A stretch of 64,000 nt of DNA from Eledone cirrhosa (GCA_964016885.1 OZ024743.1:146506001-146570000); one strand, 5' to 3'. Counted from the stretch's first letter, positions 49,574 through 63,894 are shown. A program made the numbers and translations. Notes: generated by a model not told the origin, from the sequence alone.

Positions 49574-52500
49574 ATGGCTGGTTTACGAGTTGGAAGCGTG
49601 AATGTGCATGGCCTAGGGATGCCCTGGAAACAGGGCCAACTTTTAAACGACCTTAGGTCACACGGTATGGATGTGATAGCCATCACCGAGTGCAGGATCC
49701 ACAACAGGCAGCAACTAACCCCCATCTTCAACGACTTTGAGATCTACGCATCTCTCTGTCAGCCAGGAGGTGGAGGGAGAATGGCTGTCATGTTTCGGAA
49801 GAACCTGGACGTGGAAGTACAACAAGTACACTTGGACCCGGAGGGTAGACTGGTAGTCCTAGACGTGAACAGTATTGGAGGTGGAGCCTTCAGACTGGTG
49901 GCCGTTTATACCCCGAATGGGCAATCGCAATCACGACCAGACTTCTTTAAGCGTCTAGAGTCTTTTCTGGTAACATCTCGCTCCTTACTTTTAGTGGGGG
50001 ACTGGAATGGTATCCTAGATGCACGATGGGACTATGTGGGAGCATGTCCCAGTAGATGGGGGTGCAACAGCCTCATTACTTTCATTGGCCAATTCCAACT
50101 GGCCGATAGCTATCGACTGGATTTCCCGACTGCACCACAGTGGACGTGGGCAAACCGCAGCGGGACATCTAGATCGTATTTAGATAGGTTCTTCATTAGA
50201 GAAAGGGACAAGGAGATGTTAAGCTGTCCACGAATGCACATGGTTGCCTACTCAGATCACAAATTAGTCATCTGCTTAGTCAACCGTGATAGAATATATA
50301 AACAGGGACCCGAATACTGGAAGCTGAACGTGCCGTTGCCGGCACGTAAAGCTTACGGTGAACGGATAAGTAGACTAGTCAAGCAACAGTTAACGGGAGC
50401 CATCGTCAACAATAAATGGTGGTACTCTTTCAAGAAAGTAATTAGAGTAGAATCGATAGAGTTTAGCAGAGAGTTAGCCTTAGAGAAAAACAAAATAGAA
50501 AGAGAACTAGTAGCCAAGGTAGAGGAGGCACTTAGAAGTGGCAACGCGGCTAGAGTGTTAGCGTCGAGAACGGCACTAGACCAGTTCTTCGACGCGAAAT
50601 ACGAAGACTGTGTGGTCAGAAGCAAAACACGTGCTCTAGGAAACGAAGGCGCAAAAGCTGTCAGCTAGCCCGAGTGGCGGAGACAAAAAGTGGCAACAAG
50701 TCCACGATTCGGTCTTTGAAAGACCAAAACAGACGCGTGCTACTTGACCCCAAGCGAATGTGCGCAGCCTTTCAGCAGCACTTTGCGCGACTGTTTGAAC
50801 AGAACGACGGTGAGCCGAACGGGGCAATGGACTTTAGTTCATACCTCGACGGCTTGCCACGTCTCTCGAACACGGACGCCAAGTTCTGCGAAAGACCGAT
50901 CATGGACACTGAGATACGGGACGCTCTGGGCCGCTGCGGCAAACGCAAGTCACCCGGCCTCGAGGCCGTCTACTGTAATTGGCAGCAGAACGGGAGAATT
51001 TCCAGTTCTGAAGGCAAGGGCGTAGTAACGCTTATCAGGAGAGACGAGAACAATGGGGACGAAATTAACAACTTCAGGCCCATAACTCTGCTCAACACAG
51101 AGTTAAAGATTTTGGCCAAGGTGCTAGCGACGAGGTTGGCGCTTGTCGTCGAGAACCTGGTAGGGAAAGCGCAAACGTGTGCAATCCCGACCAGGTCCAT
51201 ACACGACAACCTCCACCTCATGCGATACATCAGTAAACCCGGCTTCGGTGGGGCTCTGATCAATTTGGATCCGTCTAAGGCATTCTATAGGGTCGACCAT
51301 CGATACTTGGAAGCGGTTCTCAAGGCGGCCAGTTTCGGTCCCGTTTTCAGAGGCTGGATCGAGGCGATGCACACCAGCATCTGCTCGAGGGTCAAGGTGA
51401 ACAGCTCCGATAGGTAGCCGTTCGCAATCACGCGTTCCATTCGACAGGGATGCCCTCTCTCCTCCATTCTGTATGTATTGACTCTAGAGCCACTACTGCG
51501 GAAATCGGAGCTGTTGCAGGGCATCCCTCTAGAACCGGGACTGCGCAAAGTGGCGTCGGCTTGTGCCAACGACGTGTCGGTAACGGTGTCGAGCACCTCG
51601 GAAATCGGGGTGATCGGCAACTTACTGAAAGAATACGAAACGCTGACGGGAGCAAAACTAAACCCGGACAAGTCTGTCTGTTTGCAACTCTGTACGTGGA
51701 GAGGCAAACCGATGACGTCCGACAGCGTCGTTGGATGCTGGACGGACGGACCAGTGAAATTGCTCGGGGTTTGGTTCGGTCCAGACCTCCAGGTGGAGAA
51801 AAACTGGAACGAGGTAACGGCCAAGGTGTCTGCGCTCACCCAGAAGTGGGCAGAATGCAAACTGTCCTTGAAAGGTCGAGCGGAGGTGGCGAACACTTTC
51901 ATAGCGTCCGTCATCTACTACCGCTTGACTGTCGTGCCTTATCCCCGTGAACACCTCGCCAAGATGGAACGCATGCTCTTCCAGTTTCTGTGGAAGAAGC
52001 AGGCTCCGCTGGTGAGGAGATCCGTCTGCTGTCAGCACTCTTCCAACGGAGGGCTGGGAATACTGTGGCTGATGATGCGCAAACATGCGCTGAGGCTGCG
52101 GCATCTCCAGGTATTCCTCACTGACCCCCAACCGGTGTGGGCACCGTTTGTGAGACAGGCTTTCCCACAGCTCGTCTCGCTGACGGAGCTGCAGTCCTGG
52201 GTCAAGAAAAGACCGAAAACGATGGGCGCCTGGCACATTGAATGCGCTCAGGCGCTCACAGTCCTCTGGCAAGCGGGCACAGCAAACAGTGGAGACTTTA
52301 CTTCGACATTCTATAGAGGGATTGTACGTTACAAGGGCGACGACGTGCTCGGAGAGACTCTGGGTGTCGAAGACGATGAGCTCACCAATCTGTTTGGTAG
52401 GACTTTCTGCCCGGGACCTATGGACAACTTCCCGAGGTCCCTGGCCTGGCAGTGCTACCTAGGAGCTCTACCAGTTCGTGACAGGATCTACAGGCACGGA

Positions 52501-52947
52501 CGCCCCGGCAGGGATCCTTCCAAGAGGATGTGTCCAAGATGCGCGCAGGACATTGAAACCGTCCTGCACGGAATTGTACACTGCCCGGGCGTAACCGAGC
52601 TGTGGAACTATGCAGAACAACTGCTGCCGCGTATGGGACAAATCCAGTTGACTGCCGAGTCCATAGTAAGGATCAAACCGCCAGCCTTTTTCAAAAACGA
52701 AAGAGAGGCGGTTTTCCTCTGTACAGTGGCTATGGTGAAAGAAGTTATATGGTGGACGAGATTGAGAGGACTGAGGACAGATGCCTTTCTCTCCGGACAA
52801 CAATTGATTCCCTTCTTTAAGTATCACTTTAGAATGAGAATCAGAGTGGAGAGAGAGGCACTGCACCCCAGTAAATTTACTGAAAGGTGGGTGAATGTGG
52901 CAAAAATGGCCCGAGTGATTGGGCCTTCTCTGCTTATAAGCCTGTAG
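49574..52947 (+). pseudogene. Tx1 ORF2 pseudogene
   Basis: APE and RT motifs colinear with 27005..30442; stops at 50666 and 51415, in-frame deletions, YADD changed to CAND. Confidence 0.92.
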
Positions 52948-53249
52948 GTTAAAGTAGAGAGCAAAAGGAAGAAAGGAGCACTTGCACAACACGCTCCTGG
53001 AGTTGAGGGTTGTTCTATCAACGGGGTATTAAACAACCCATTTGTGGCGCTTCACCCCTATTGGGGATTTCGATTGTTGTAATTGTTTGTTTTATATTTT
53101 TTTACACAACTGTATGTAAAATCCTCGGCATGTCTTTGTATTGTCCCCTTTTCTTGTGCGCCCTTGTGGCAAATAAAGAAATCTATCTATCTATCTATCT
53201 ATCTGTGTATGTATCTGTCTTTCTGTCTGTCTGACTGTCTGTTGGTCTG

Positions 53250-53304
<55 letters not shown>

Positions 53305-53343
53305 GTCTGTCTGTCTGTTTGTCTATCTATTTATCTTTTTATT

Positions 53344-53404
<61 letters not shown>

Positions 53405-53764
53405 CCATTTGTCTCTCTTTCTCTCTCTCTCTCTCTCTATCTATCTATGTATCTCTCCCTCTTTACCCATCCTATTTGTCTCTCTTTCTCTCTCTCTCCC
53501 TCTCTCTCTATCTATCTATCTATCTATCTATGTATCTATCCCTCTTTACACATCCTATTTGTCTCTCTTTCTCTCTATTTCCCTCTCTCTATCTATACAT
53601 GTATCTCTCCCTCTTTACATACCCTACATTTGCATTTTGTTGGTTGATGATAGGGCGGTGGCAATGGTTTTTATGATGATGGCATTATTGTTGTTGGAGA
53701 TGGTGGTGGTGTTTGTGATGGGAGGAAAGTGTGACTAGTCTAGTGCTGGGGTAGCATACTAGTG

Positions 53765-54395
53765 TGACCACCACCACCACCACCACCACCACCACAACAA
53801 CAACAACAACAGCAACAACAGCAACAACAACAGCAACAACAACAACAGCAACAACAGCAACAAAAATAACAACAACAACAATACCACCACCATTATCCTC
53901 AAGACCACCACCACCACCACCACCACCACCACCACCACCACCACCGCCAATAACAACCACAATGACTACAACAATGACCACCACCATAATCACCACCATT
54001 ATCCTCAAGACCACCACCACCACCACCACCACCACCACCACCACCACCACCACCGCCAATAACAACCACAATGACTACAACAATGACCACCACCATAATC
54101 ACCATCATTATCCTCAAGACCACCACCACCACCACCACCACCAATAACAACCACAATGACTACAACAATGACCACCACCATAATCACCACCATTATCCTC
54201 AAGACCACCACCACCACCACCACCGCCAATAACAACCACAATGACTACAACAATGACCACCACCATAATCACCACCATTATCCTCAAGACCACCAACACC
54301 ACCACCACCACCACCACCACCACCACCACAACAACAACAACAACAGCAACAACAGCAACAACAACAACAATAACAACCACAATGACTACCACCTT
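53765..54395. repeat. (CAC)/(AAC) field with an about 85-115-bp higher-order unit
   Basis: AATAACAACCACAATGACTACAACAATGACCACCACCATAATCACCACCATTATCCTCAAGAC recurs 4-5 times. Confidence 0.92.
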
Positions 54396-54511
54396 CAGTT
54401 TTGTGTCATACCTATCAGTAAATACAAATAAAGGTGCCATTTTCCTTTGATCACTGACTGCTACCATAGTGATTGATTCTCTGTCAATGTGAACCTTTGC
54501 TCCTTGGTAAC

Positions 54512-55385
54512 TTTCACTCACCACTGTTGACACTTCACTCAACACTGCTTATACTCCACTCACCACTGTTGACATTTCACTCAACACTGTTTATACTCCA
54601 CTCACCAATGTTGACACTTCACTCAACACTGTTTATACTCCACTCACCACTGTTGACATTTCACTCAACACTGTTTATACTCCACTCACCACTGTTGTCA
54701 CTTCACTCAACACTGTTTATACTCCACTCACCACTGTTGACACTTCACTCAACACTGCTTATACTCCACTCACCACTGTTGACACTTCACTCAACACTGC
54801 TTATACTCCACTCACCACTGTTGACACTTCACTCAACACTGTTTATACTCCACTCACCACTGTTGACATTTCACTCAACACTGTTTATACTCCACTCACC
54901 ACTGTTGTCACTTCACTCAACACTGCTTATACTCCACTCACCACTGTTGACATTTCACTCAACACTGTTTATACTCCACTCACCACTGTTGACACTTCAC
55001 TCAACACTGCTTATACTCCACTCACCAATGTTGACACTTCACTCAACACTACTTATACTCCACTCACCACCGTTGACACTTCACTCAACACTGCTTATAC
55101 TCCACTCACCACTGTTGATACTTCACTCAATACTGCTTATACTCCACTCACCATTGTTGACACTTCACTCACCACCGTTGACACTTCATTCAACACTGCA
55201 TATAATCCACTCACCACTGTTGACACTTCACTCAACACTGCTTATACTCCACTCACCACTGTTGACACTTCACTCAACACTGCATATAATCCACTCACCA
55301 CTGTTGACACTTCACTCAACACTGCTTATACTCCACTCACCACTGTTGACATACTTAACACCATTTTATCACTGTTGACACTTCA
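54512..55385. repeat. 42-bp (2x21) minisatellite
   Basis: CACTCACCACTGTTGACACTT-CACTCAACACTGCTTATACTC, about 20 copies. Confidence 0.95.
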
Positions 55386-55609
55386 CTTAATACTAATGAT
55401 AATGCATTTAACACTGATGACATTCTACTGCACTTACCATTGATGGCACTCTACTCCCATTCTCTTCACACTCCACTCCACCGCTGGTAACACTCAGCTT
55501 ACCACTAACCACATACCATCTATATCTTGTGACATTTAAATTACTCTACTAACACTCCTCTTATTCTTGTTAATACTTTACTCACTGCTGATGACACTCT
55601 GCTACTGCT

Positions 55610-56040
55610 GACAACACTCAACATTCTGAGTGTTTCCCAATCACCATTCTGAGTACTCTACACTCACCATTATTAGTACTCCACCCTCATCATTCTGAGT
55701 GCTCCCTAATCACCATTCTGAGTACTCTACACTCAGCATTATTAGATCTCCACACTCAACATTATTAGCACTCCACACTCAACATTATTAGTACTCCACA
55801 CTCAACATTATTAGTACTCCACACTCAACATTATTAGAACTCCACACTCAACATTATTAGTACTCCACACTCAACAGTATTAGTACTCCACACTCAACAT
55901 TATTAGTACTCCACACTCAACAGTATTAGTACTCCACACTCAACACTATTAGTACTCCATACTCAACATTATGAGTACCCCACACTCAACATTATGAGTA
56001 CTCAACATTCACTAGTCTGAATACTCAATACTCAGCACTG
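55610..56040. repeat. 23-bp minisatellite
   Basis: ACTCCACACTCAACATTATTAGT, period 23. Confidence 0.92.
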
Positions 56041-57493
56041 AGTGCTCAACATCCACTCTTCTGAGTACTCACAAGTGTTTCCTCCATAATCACTAGTCTT
56101 GATTATATACTCCTCAGTGCTGACTCTATACCAGGCATAGGTAACCATTTTTGAGCAGTGGGTCATATAAGATATGGCTCATTATAAGATGGGCTACACT
56201 ACTAAAATTTCAAGATAATTCTTTGTTAGGCACATCAATGAGAAAGCCAAAGAGACTCCAGTTTTATTATGACTGCTCTATACACTCCACTGCCAGCATA
56301 CAATATCAACAATTACAACACTCAAACCAGTTCCAACAAGAATAACCCAAACTTCTACAACTTCTGTCACCAACTGCTATCCTAATTATAAGCTATACTA
56401 CAATCATAACAACAACAATAACAAGTGTGTTTCTATCATTTGTACTGACCTTATAATTCTAGCCTGGAAGAAGGATTCCTTTAAAATCAACTTGTTTGAC
56501 TATTGTAATTGTCCTTCCTGAAATATTCACTTTTAACACCATTTCAGAGAGAAAAGAAAGAAAGACTACTAAAGAAAAAGAGCAAATTCAAACATAAGTA
56601 AACAAAAACATAAATAAAAAATAAGGCCCTTCCTGAAAAATTTTCTTCAGATTCTCTGAATATTTCCAGACAATTTTACGTGATGTAATAAAGAGAATTT
56701 GATTTTAGCTCTTGACCTTTCTTGCTTTATCTACAATATACATTATTACATACAATGATATGTTGGAAGGAATTTGTTAGTTCCGCCAAGTCCTTAGCTC
56801 AACAACTTTCTCTTTAATGTTGGGATCAATATTATTGGGTCTTACGGCTGCATTTAGATTACCAAATGATCTTTAATTCCCATTTGAAGGAGATGGAAAT
56901 GCTCCTCATAATTTCCTGTAATCCTGTTGAAAGCTGATGAAATCTAACTAATGCTGTTTATACTCAAAAGATTTTGTATCATGTCAAGAACTTTAATGAA
57001 AATTGGTCATTGAAAATTGACTGCGTGTTGCAGCAAGGCTATAAATTAATCCCCAGCTTTCCTGTCTGGAGAGGCAGTTCTTGTGTGCAATGTTTACGAT
57101 CAATCACAACATGTTTTAGTAACACTTGATTCCTTTAAGCAAAATAGCCATAATTCTAGAAACAATTTGAAATTTTCTTTCACTCCTTCATTCTTCCAAC
57201 AAGAATAGAAATAATAACAAAAACAAAACCAACACTAATTTCTTTAATAGTCTCAAGGGCATCTGAGGGAAGACAAAAAAAGTAAATAATAAAGCATTCA
57301 ATATAATATAACATCAGACTAAATATGATGTGGATAATGATGACTGTGCTGGATGTGAGAATTCATCATCATCATCAACACCATTATCATCATCATCATC
57401 ATCATCATCATCACCATTATCATTTTCCTTATTATCATTATTATAATCATCAATTATTACCACTATAATTTTACTGAAATCATCATCATCAAA

Positions 57494-57527
<34 letters not shown>

Positions 57528-57667
57528 GTTGTTGTTGTTGTTGTCATTATTACTTTGTCATGCAGTGTAGATGTAAAATGCATCAGAGTATTTATTCATC
57601 TATTAAGTTACAACAAGGACCTCAGACAGATAAAACTTTCCTTAAAATGTGTGCAGTACCTAGTAAG

Positions 57668-57881
57668 GCTGATTTATTATCAGTATCGGTAGAGCATCGG
57701 ACAATATGCTTAGTGGCATATAGTTACGTCCCTTTACATTCTGAGTTCAAATTCTGCCAAGGTTAGCTTTGCCTTTCATCCTTCTGGAGTCAATAAAATA
57801 AAGTACCAGTAATGCACTGGGGTTGATTTAATCAACTTTTCTCTCCCTCAAAATTGTTGGCCTGGTGCTTAAATCAGAAAC

Positions 57882-57885
<4 letters not shown>
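57668..57885 (+). mobile_element. tRNA-derived SINE, near full length, (ATT)n tail
   Basis: A-box-like ATCGGTAGAGC, B-box GAGTTCAAATTC, body CTTTGCCTTTCATCC..AAAGTACCAGTAATGCACTGG; partial second copy at 57915-57995. Confidence 0.8.
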
Positions 57886-57914
<29 letters not shown>

Positions 57915-58732
57915 GGTAATATTGGTAGAGCATCAGACAACATGCTTTGTATCATATAGTTACATCCCTTTACGTTCCTAAACCAGAAACCATTATTATT
58001 ATTATTACTATTTTCATTGTTGTTATTATTTAGGAAGACAAATATAAGGGAAAAATAAAGTAAACACTAACATATTCAGAGAGAGAGAGAGAGAGCGAGA
58101 GAGGGTTTGGGGTGGAAGTGAGAGAGAGAGAGAGAGAAAAAAAGAAAGAAAGAAAAAGAACAAAAAACATTAAAAAAACAATAATTTTGTTTAGTTTTGT
58201 GTCTTTTGAGTCAACAGGTCTTTTTAAAAATAATTTATGATTAAACTAACTTTTACAAGAATCCACCAGACAGAACAATTGTCAATAGCACGTAATTTCT
58301 TTGGTTCTAGTTAATTCTGTGATTCCTCTCTGGTTTCCCTAATCGTATGATTCATTAACTATGTCTGGATTCAGCAAACTCATAAATATTTTATCTTCAT
58401 TATGTAACGACATATCACTCTGCTGCTTTCTCTCTATTATTTGAATTATTAAATTTTCTGTCCAAATTCTCTTGACTTGGAAAATTAACCTCATCTTAAA
58501 AATCACAGCTTGTTAAATGATTAGCACACACATACTCACACATACACACACATTCACACACATGCTCTCTCTTTTTCTCACACATACATATGATCATGCA
58601 TGCACATACTCGTGCACAAAACAAACAAATACAGCAACATATATACATATACAAATACACAGTCACATAGAAGTATGCACACACAAATGTACAAACATGC
58701 AAATGCTCACCCACATGCACATAGAAATATGC

Positions 58733-58789
<57 letters not shown>

Positions 58790-58920
58790 CATACACACAT
58801 ACAAACATATAAGCTTACATACAAAAACTATCCGAAATGTATACATATACAAACACACAATCATACAAATATATACTGTACACATAGATGCCTGCACACA
58901 TGTATATACAACATATAATC

Positions 58921-58961
<41 letters not shown>

Positions 58962-59838
58962 CACAGATACATATACACAGATATACAAACACATATATAT
59001 ATATATACAGGGTGTTCCATAAATAAGGCAATATTTAAACTGGTTTTTGTATTCTAAAGCCTGTAGACTTATGGGACATGTGGTGTATGAACACTTAAAT
59101 ATAAACATATAAACATATTTATATGCATGAATACACAACTATACAGACGAACATATATGACACGTGGACAATATATGCAAATATGCACATATACATACAC
59201 ATGCATATAAAAATATATATACATATACATCTGCTCTGCATTCATGTTAATACATGAAAACCAGCATACTGATAAAAATACATAAATATGTATTTTTATC
59301 ACACATATGCACACGCAAACATTCATATACAGATTTCTTACTAAATGTGCATGCAGTAAAAATCATAAACACATACACACATTCATGCCTAATACATATA
59401 TATGCCTACATACATACAAGCATACATACATTCAAACATACGTACATATATACATTCACACATTCAAGCATACATACATACATACATTCAAGCATACGTA
59501 GATACATACATTCACACATTCAAGCATACATACATACATACATGCATGAATAAATACATACATAGATTCATACACAAATACTCACATATTAACATATCTA
59601 CATGTACACATACACCCCACCACATATATATGTATATATATATATATACACACACACAGATATGCATAAACGTACACATATACATATACACATAAATGTA
59701 AACACATACTTCCATCTGTTTTAATTATGTTTTTAAAAATAATTACCATCTCTTAGAAATAGACATAATGAAACATTTTTGAAGTGAAAACAGAAATGTC
59801 ACTCAGGATTAATTTCTGGAAAACTAACAAATATGTTC

Positions 59839-59881
<43 letters not shown>

Positions 59882-59968
59882 CCCCACCACCACCCCACTC
59901 TCAAGAGCGTGAAATTAATAAACATTTGTTGTACTGCCTCTCTGTTTTGTTCCCGTTCAATTTTTCAT

Positions 59969-59995
<27 letters not shown>

Positions 59996-59999
<4 letters not shown>

Positions 60000-60343
60000 C
60001 GGGTAAAATTCCCGAGATCCATGGACGAGTTCTCTCCAGCGGTCTCTGTCCCTCATTATCGCTGCCATGTCCTGCGTCTCCAACAGATCAGTGTCTGTCC
60101 TTAGGGCATCAACATACGTTAACCTTGGTATTCCTCTTCTAGTGGCTCTGAACATTAATCAGTATACACTGAGGATGAAAAACTCAGAGCTGTATGGGAG
60201 CCTCCCAAAAGTCAGCTCAAAAGTGATACAGAGGAGACTGAGGTTAGCTGGACATGCTCACCGACATCCAGAGTTGAGATTGCACTCAGTGCTCCTGTGG
60301 GAGCCCCTACATGGACACACTAGAAGAGGAAGACCAAGGCTAA

Positions 60344-60346
<3 letters not shown>
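59996..60346 (-). mobile_element. RTE-type LINE 3' end with 5' inversion
   Basis: 59996-60150 is the 3' end on minus; 60165-60346 is the upstream RRLRLAGH..WEPLHGHTRRGRP segment on plus. Confidence 0.85.
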
Positions 60347-60389
<43 letters not shown>

Positions 60390-60401
<12 letters not shown>

Positions 60402-62307
60402 GATAGATGTCTGTCTGTGTGTGTGTATGATGTTTATGCATTTCCACATTTCTCTACCGATTTTGATGAATTTTTTTCCAATGTGCTCCAAATTTACCAG
60501 AGCAGGTCAACGAATAATTATTTTTGCCAAAAGTTTCCTGCTTCTATGAAAATAATCGATAAAACTAAATGCATGCTGTAACCCTTTCTCTTACACGCTT
60601 CATTCCTCTCACTACTACCATCAAAATATATGAAACTACATACATGTTGTAACTCTCTTTAAAAGGTTCATATTTTCCTCTACTCCACTCTCAATCTCCT
60701 CTGCAACTCTCTTTAAAAGGTTCATCACTCTCTCTACTCCCCCCTCAATCTCCTCTGCAACGCTCTTTAAAAGGTTATTGCCTCCGTCTACTATCCTTTA
60801 CTGTTTAGAACAACGACAAAACTTCTTTTGAAGGAACGCGACACAAACTTTGAAACCTAAGCAACAAACAGTCATAACGACACTCATACATCAAATATCA
60901 AAATTTAAAAAGCCGATAACACTAAATACATACTGCTCTCTCAAAGTTACATTTTACACACTTACACTTTACATCAAATATCAAATATTCAAAAGCAACA
61001 GATGAATTTATAAAACAACAAACGTAACAATAACGACACTTAAGCATTTATTTACATGATTCTCAACAAAGACATATTTTATTGTTGTCCTTTTTGTAAT
61101 TTTCTTTCTTTGTTTTTCTCAATATGAGACAAAAAATTGAGAAAACATTTTTCACAGGATTCTATTCAAAGTCGGGACAATTATTGCTTTTGGTCAGGAA
61201 ACGGTCATGATGCAAAAAAATTTCAAATCAATCAACAATAAGGGCAAAAATCGATCATGATCATTCCCCCTCTCTATAATTTAACTGCTTTACTCTCTCT
61301 GTCGCTCTTCACTCCCTATATGATAACACTGAAGAGATAGAAACAATGTATATGATCAAATGGAGCTTTCCGTATATTCACCCTCTCTATAATTTAACTG
61401 CTTTGCTCTCTCTGTCGCTCTTCACTCCCTATATGACAATACTGCAGAGAGAGAAACAATGTATATGATCAAATGGAGCTTTCCGTATATTCACCCTCTC
61501 TATAATTTAACTGCTTTGCTCTCTCTGTCGCTCTTCACTCCCTATATGACAACACTGCAGAGAGAGAAACAATGTATATGATCAAATGGAGCTTTCCGTA
61601 TATTCACCCTCTCTATAATTTAACTGCTTTACTCTCTCTGTCGCTCTTCACTCACTATATGACAACACTGCAGTGGAGCGTTCCGTATTGGCATATGGCT
61701 TATCTGGGGCATTTTCAATCGGCTTATTGCAAATAACAACCCGCAAAATAACACTTCATATAACAGATTAATGCTATAGACATATGAATCGGAATGTAAC
61801 CCATGAACTTTTTCCTGGGCAAAATTATTCGAACAGACATGACCTCATTGCCAGAGTGTTCAGACTGAAACTGGCTAATCTCCCATGGCCAACTTTATGT
61901 TGCCTGTTCCCGCATAGGGAGCAGGAATGGACTTTTTGCTTACACTCCTCAAGGGATGACATGCAATATCGTCTACAAAGAGGTGCTATAGATGTTGGTG
62001 CAGGCGTTGGGGGTGTTGGAGCTATGCCGTCTGGAAAACTGGTACGGTCACCCATAGCAGACAGATCTGATACCCAGCGGCATCAGGGCCGCCATCTTGC
62101 AACTTTGGTCTACTAAATTCGCTATTGGAAGATTATTAACCCATCATTGATTGTCCAAAATGCTAATTGGTTCGTAACTATTAATAACCGATTCAACTGC
62201 TTTATGCACTTAATTGATAAGCTTAAGCACTTTCAAGCTACGTTTACCTGTATGTAACTTTTCATAGCAAATGAACAAACCCAAGCAACGCCGGGCTAAA
62301 CTGCTAG
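60390..62307 (+). mobile_element. internally deleted Helitron
   Basis: ATATATAAAA start, Rep remnant ELFPGQ..RHDLIARVFRLKL, PIF1 helicase C-terminus SHGQLYVACSR..NIVYKEVL* (61881-61991), 3' hairpin CCCAAGCAACGCCGGG plus CTAG|T. Confidence 0.88.
61268..61675. repeat. 113-bp tandem repeat x about 3.6 inside the Helitron
   Basis: CCCTCTCTATAATTTAACTGCTTT at 61268, 61381, 61494 and 61607. Confidence 0.93.
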
Positions 62308-62343
<36 letters not shown>

Positions 62344-62344
62344 T

Positions 62345-62650
62345 GAAAATGTGGGAATCCCAAATGTAGAAAATAACTGTAACATTAGTTGATTGCTATA
62401 AATAATAACTTTAGAAATTGAAGTAAAATTCCTCTAGGGACAGAAACTAGAAAGTAAGGGTGACTATAGCCTGATGAAGTTTGTTCTCTATGTACTAGTA
62501 AAGTGTGTGACCTTTAATTATCATTTTAATTGGTTGATTGTATTTTGTCTGATGTATATTTTACCCCATTTTCTAAAGATATTTTCTATGTTTGGGACTC
62601 CCACATTTTCTAATTTATAATCATCTAAGTGCTTCGATGATGCATAATAT
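62345..62650 (+). mobile_element. fold-back pLTR-like element in (TA)n
   Basis: 31-bp inverted repeat GAAAATGTGGGAATCCCAAA.. / ..TTTGGGACTCCCACATTTTC plus an about 38-bp tail; lone CTGATGA at 62471. Confidence 0.55.
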
Positions 62651-62651
62651 G

Positions 62652-62939
<288 letters not shown>

Positions 62940-62948
62940 CATACATAC

Positions 62949-62979
<31 letters not shown>

Positions 62980-63106
62980 GCATGCGTGTGTGTGTGTGTG
63001 TGTATTTGTGTATGTAAGTATAGTTTTATGCCTTATACTATATATTTCCCTCACTTTCTTCCACTCTCCATTTCTCTGCTTCTCTCTCTCTCTCTCTATA
63101 TATATA

Positions 63107-63892
63107 TACAAGTTAATATAAATTAATATATTTGATAAACACAAATACCAACATATCCATGTTTGTATTGTAAATGACTAAGTTAGCTAGATTGAAAAAT
63201 ACTAATTATAATAATACAGTTTGCCTGTCTCGATTTATCAAATATATTAATTTATATTAACTTGTATTACACGGCTCAGAAATACTTCTTTCTTTGAGCT
63301 ATTTCATTGTAAAGGACTACCTGAGATTTGAACTCATTATTAATAGTTTCACTGCTCCTTACGTAGAGCTAAATTTAACCCCATATAAACGGCTGTTATT
63401 TCAAGCAGTACGAGTATGGGGCAGCTAGACACTGGATAACCGTATGTGAAAAACCATGTGCGTTAAACAGTCTATTTAAATATTTTGAAGTGAAACATAC
63501 CAATTTTTCTGGTGCTTGCTGAGGAGATAGAAATGCGGTATTCCTTCACTTTCATTTTTCGAAACTTATTTGGATTTTAAGGTTTAAACCAGTCTACGGA
63601 ACAGGTTTGATTCTGAAATTTAAATTTGTCCAAGCACCACGGCCATTTGCCAATATACTTTGTTTTTATTGATTTATTATTTTAAATCGAGACAGGCAAA
63701 CTGTATTATTATAATTAGTATTTTTCAATCTAGCTAACTTAGTCATTTACAATACAAACATGGATATGTTGGTATTTGTGTTTATCAAATATATTAATTT
63801 ATATTAACTTGTATTACACGGCTCAGAAATACTTCTTTCTTTGAGCTATTTCATTGTAAAGGACTACCTGAGATTTGAACTCATTATTAATA

Positions 63893-63894
<2 letters not shown>
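63107..63894 (+). mobile_element. pLTR-like element: inverted 5' piece plus tandem direct repeat
   Basis: 63107-63237 is the reverse complement of about 63683-63813; about 110-bp direct repeat at about 63237-63346 and 63784-63894 (unit about 547 bp); (TA)n on both sides. Confidence 0.8.

Larger units (their letters stand above)
47707..53180 (+). mobile_element. decayed Tx1-clade LINE, second subfamily, in (ATCT)n
   Basis: frameshifted ORF1 homologous to 25283..26971 and broken ORF2; ends AATAAAGAA-(ATCT)n. Confidence 0.92.

Noticed and set aside
54473-55378. 301-aa HSPLLTLHSTLLIL repeat protein
   Set aside because: A 42-bp minisatellite (multiple of 3) lacking stops; no ATG start or other coding evidence.
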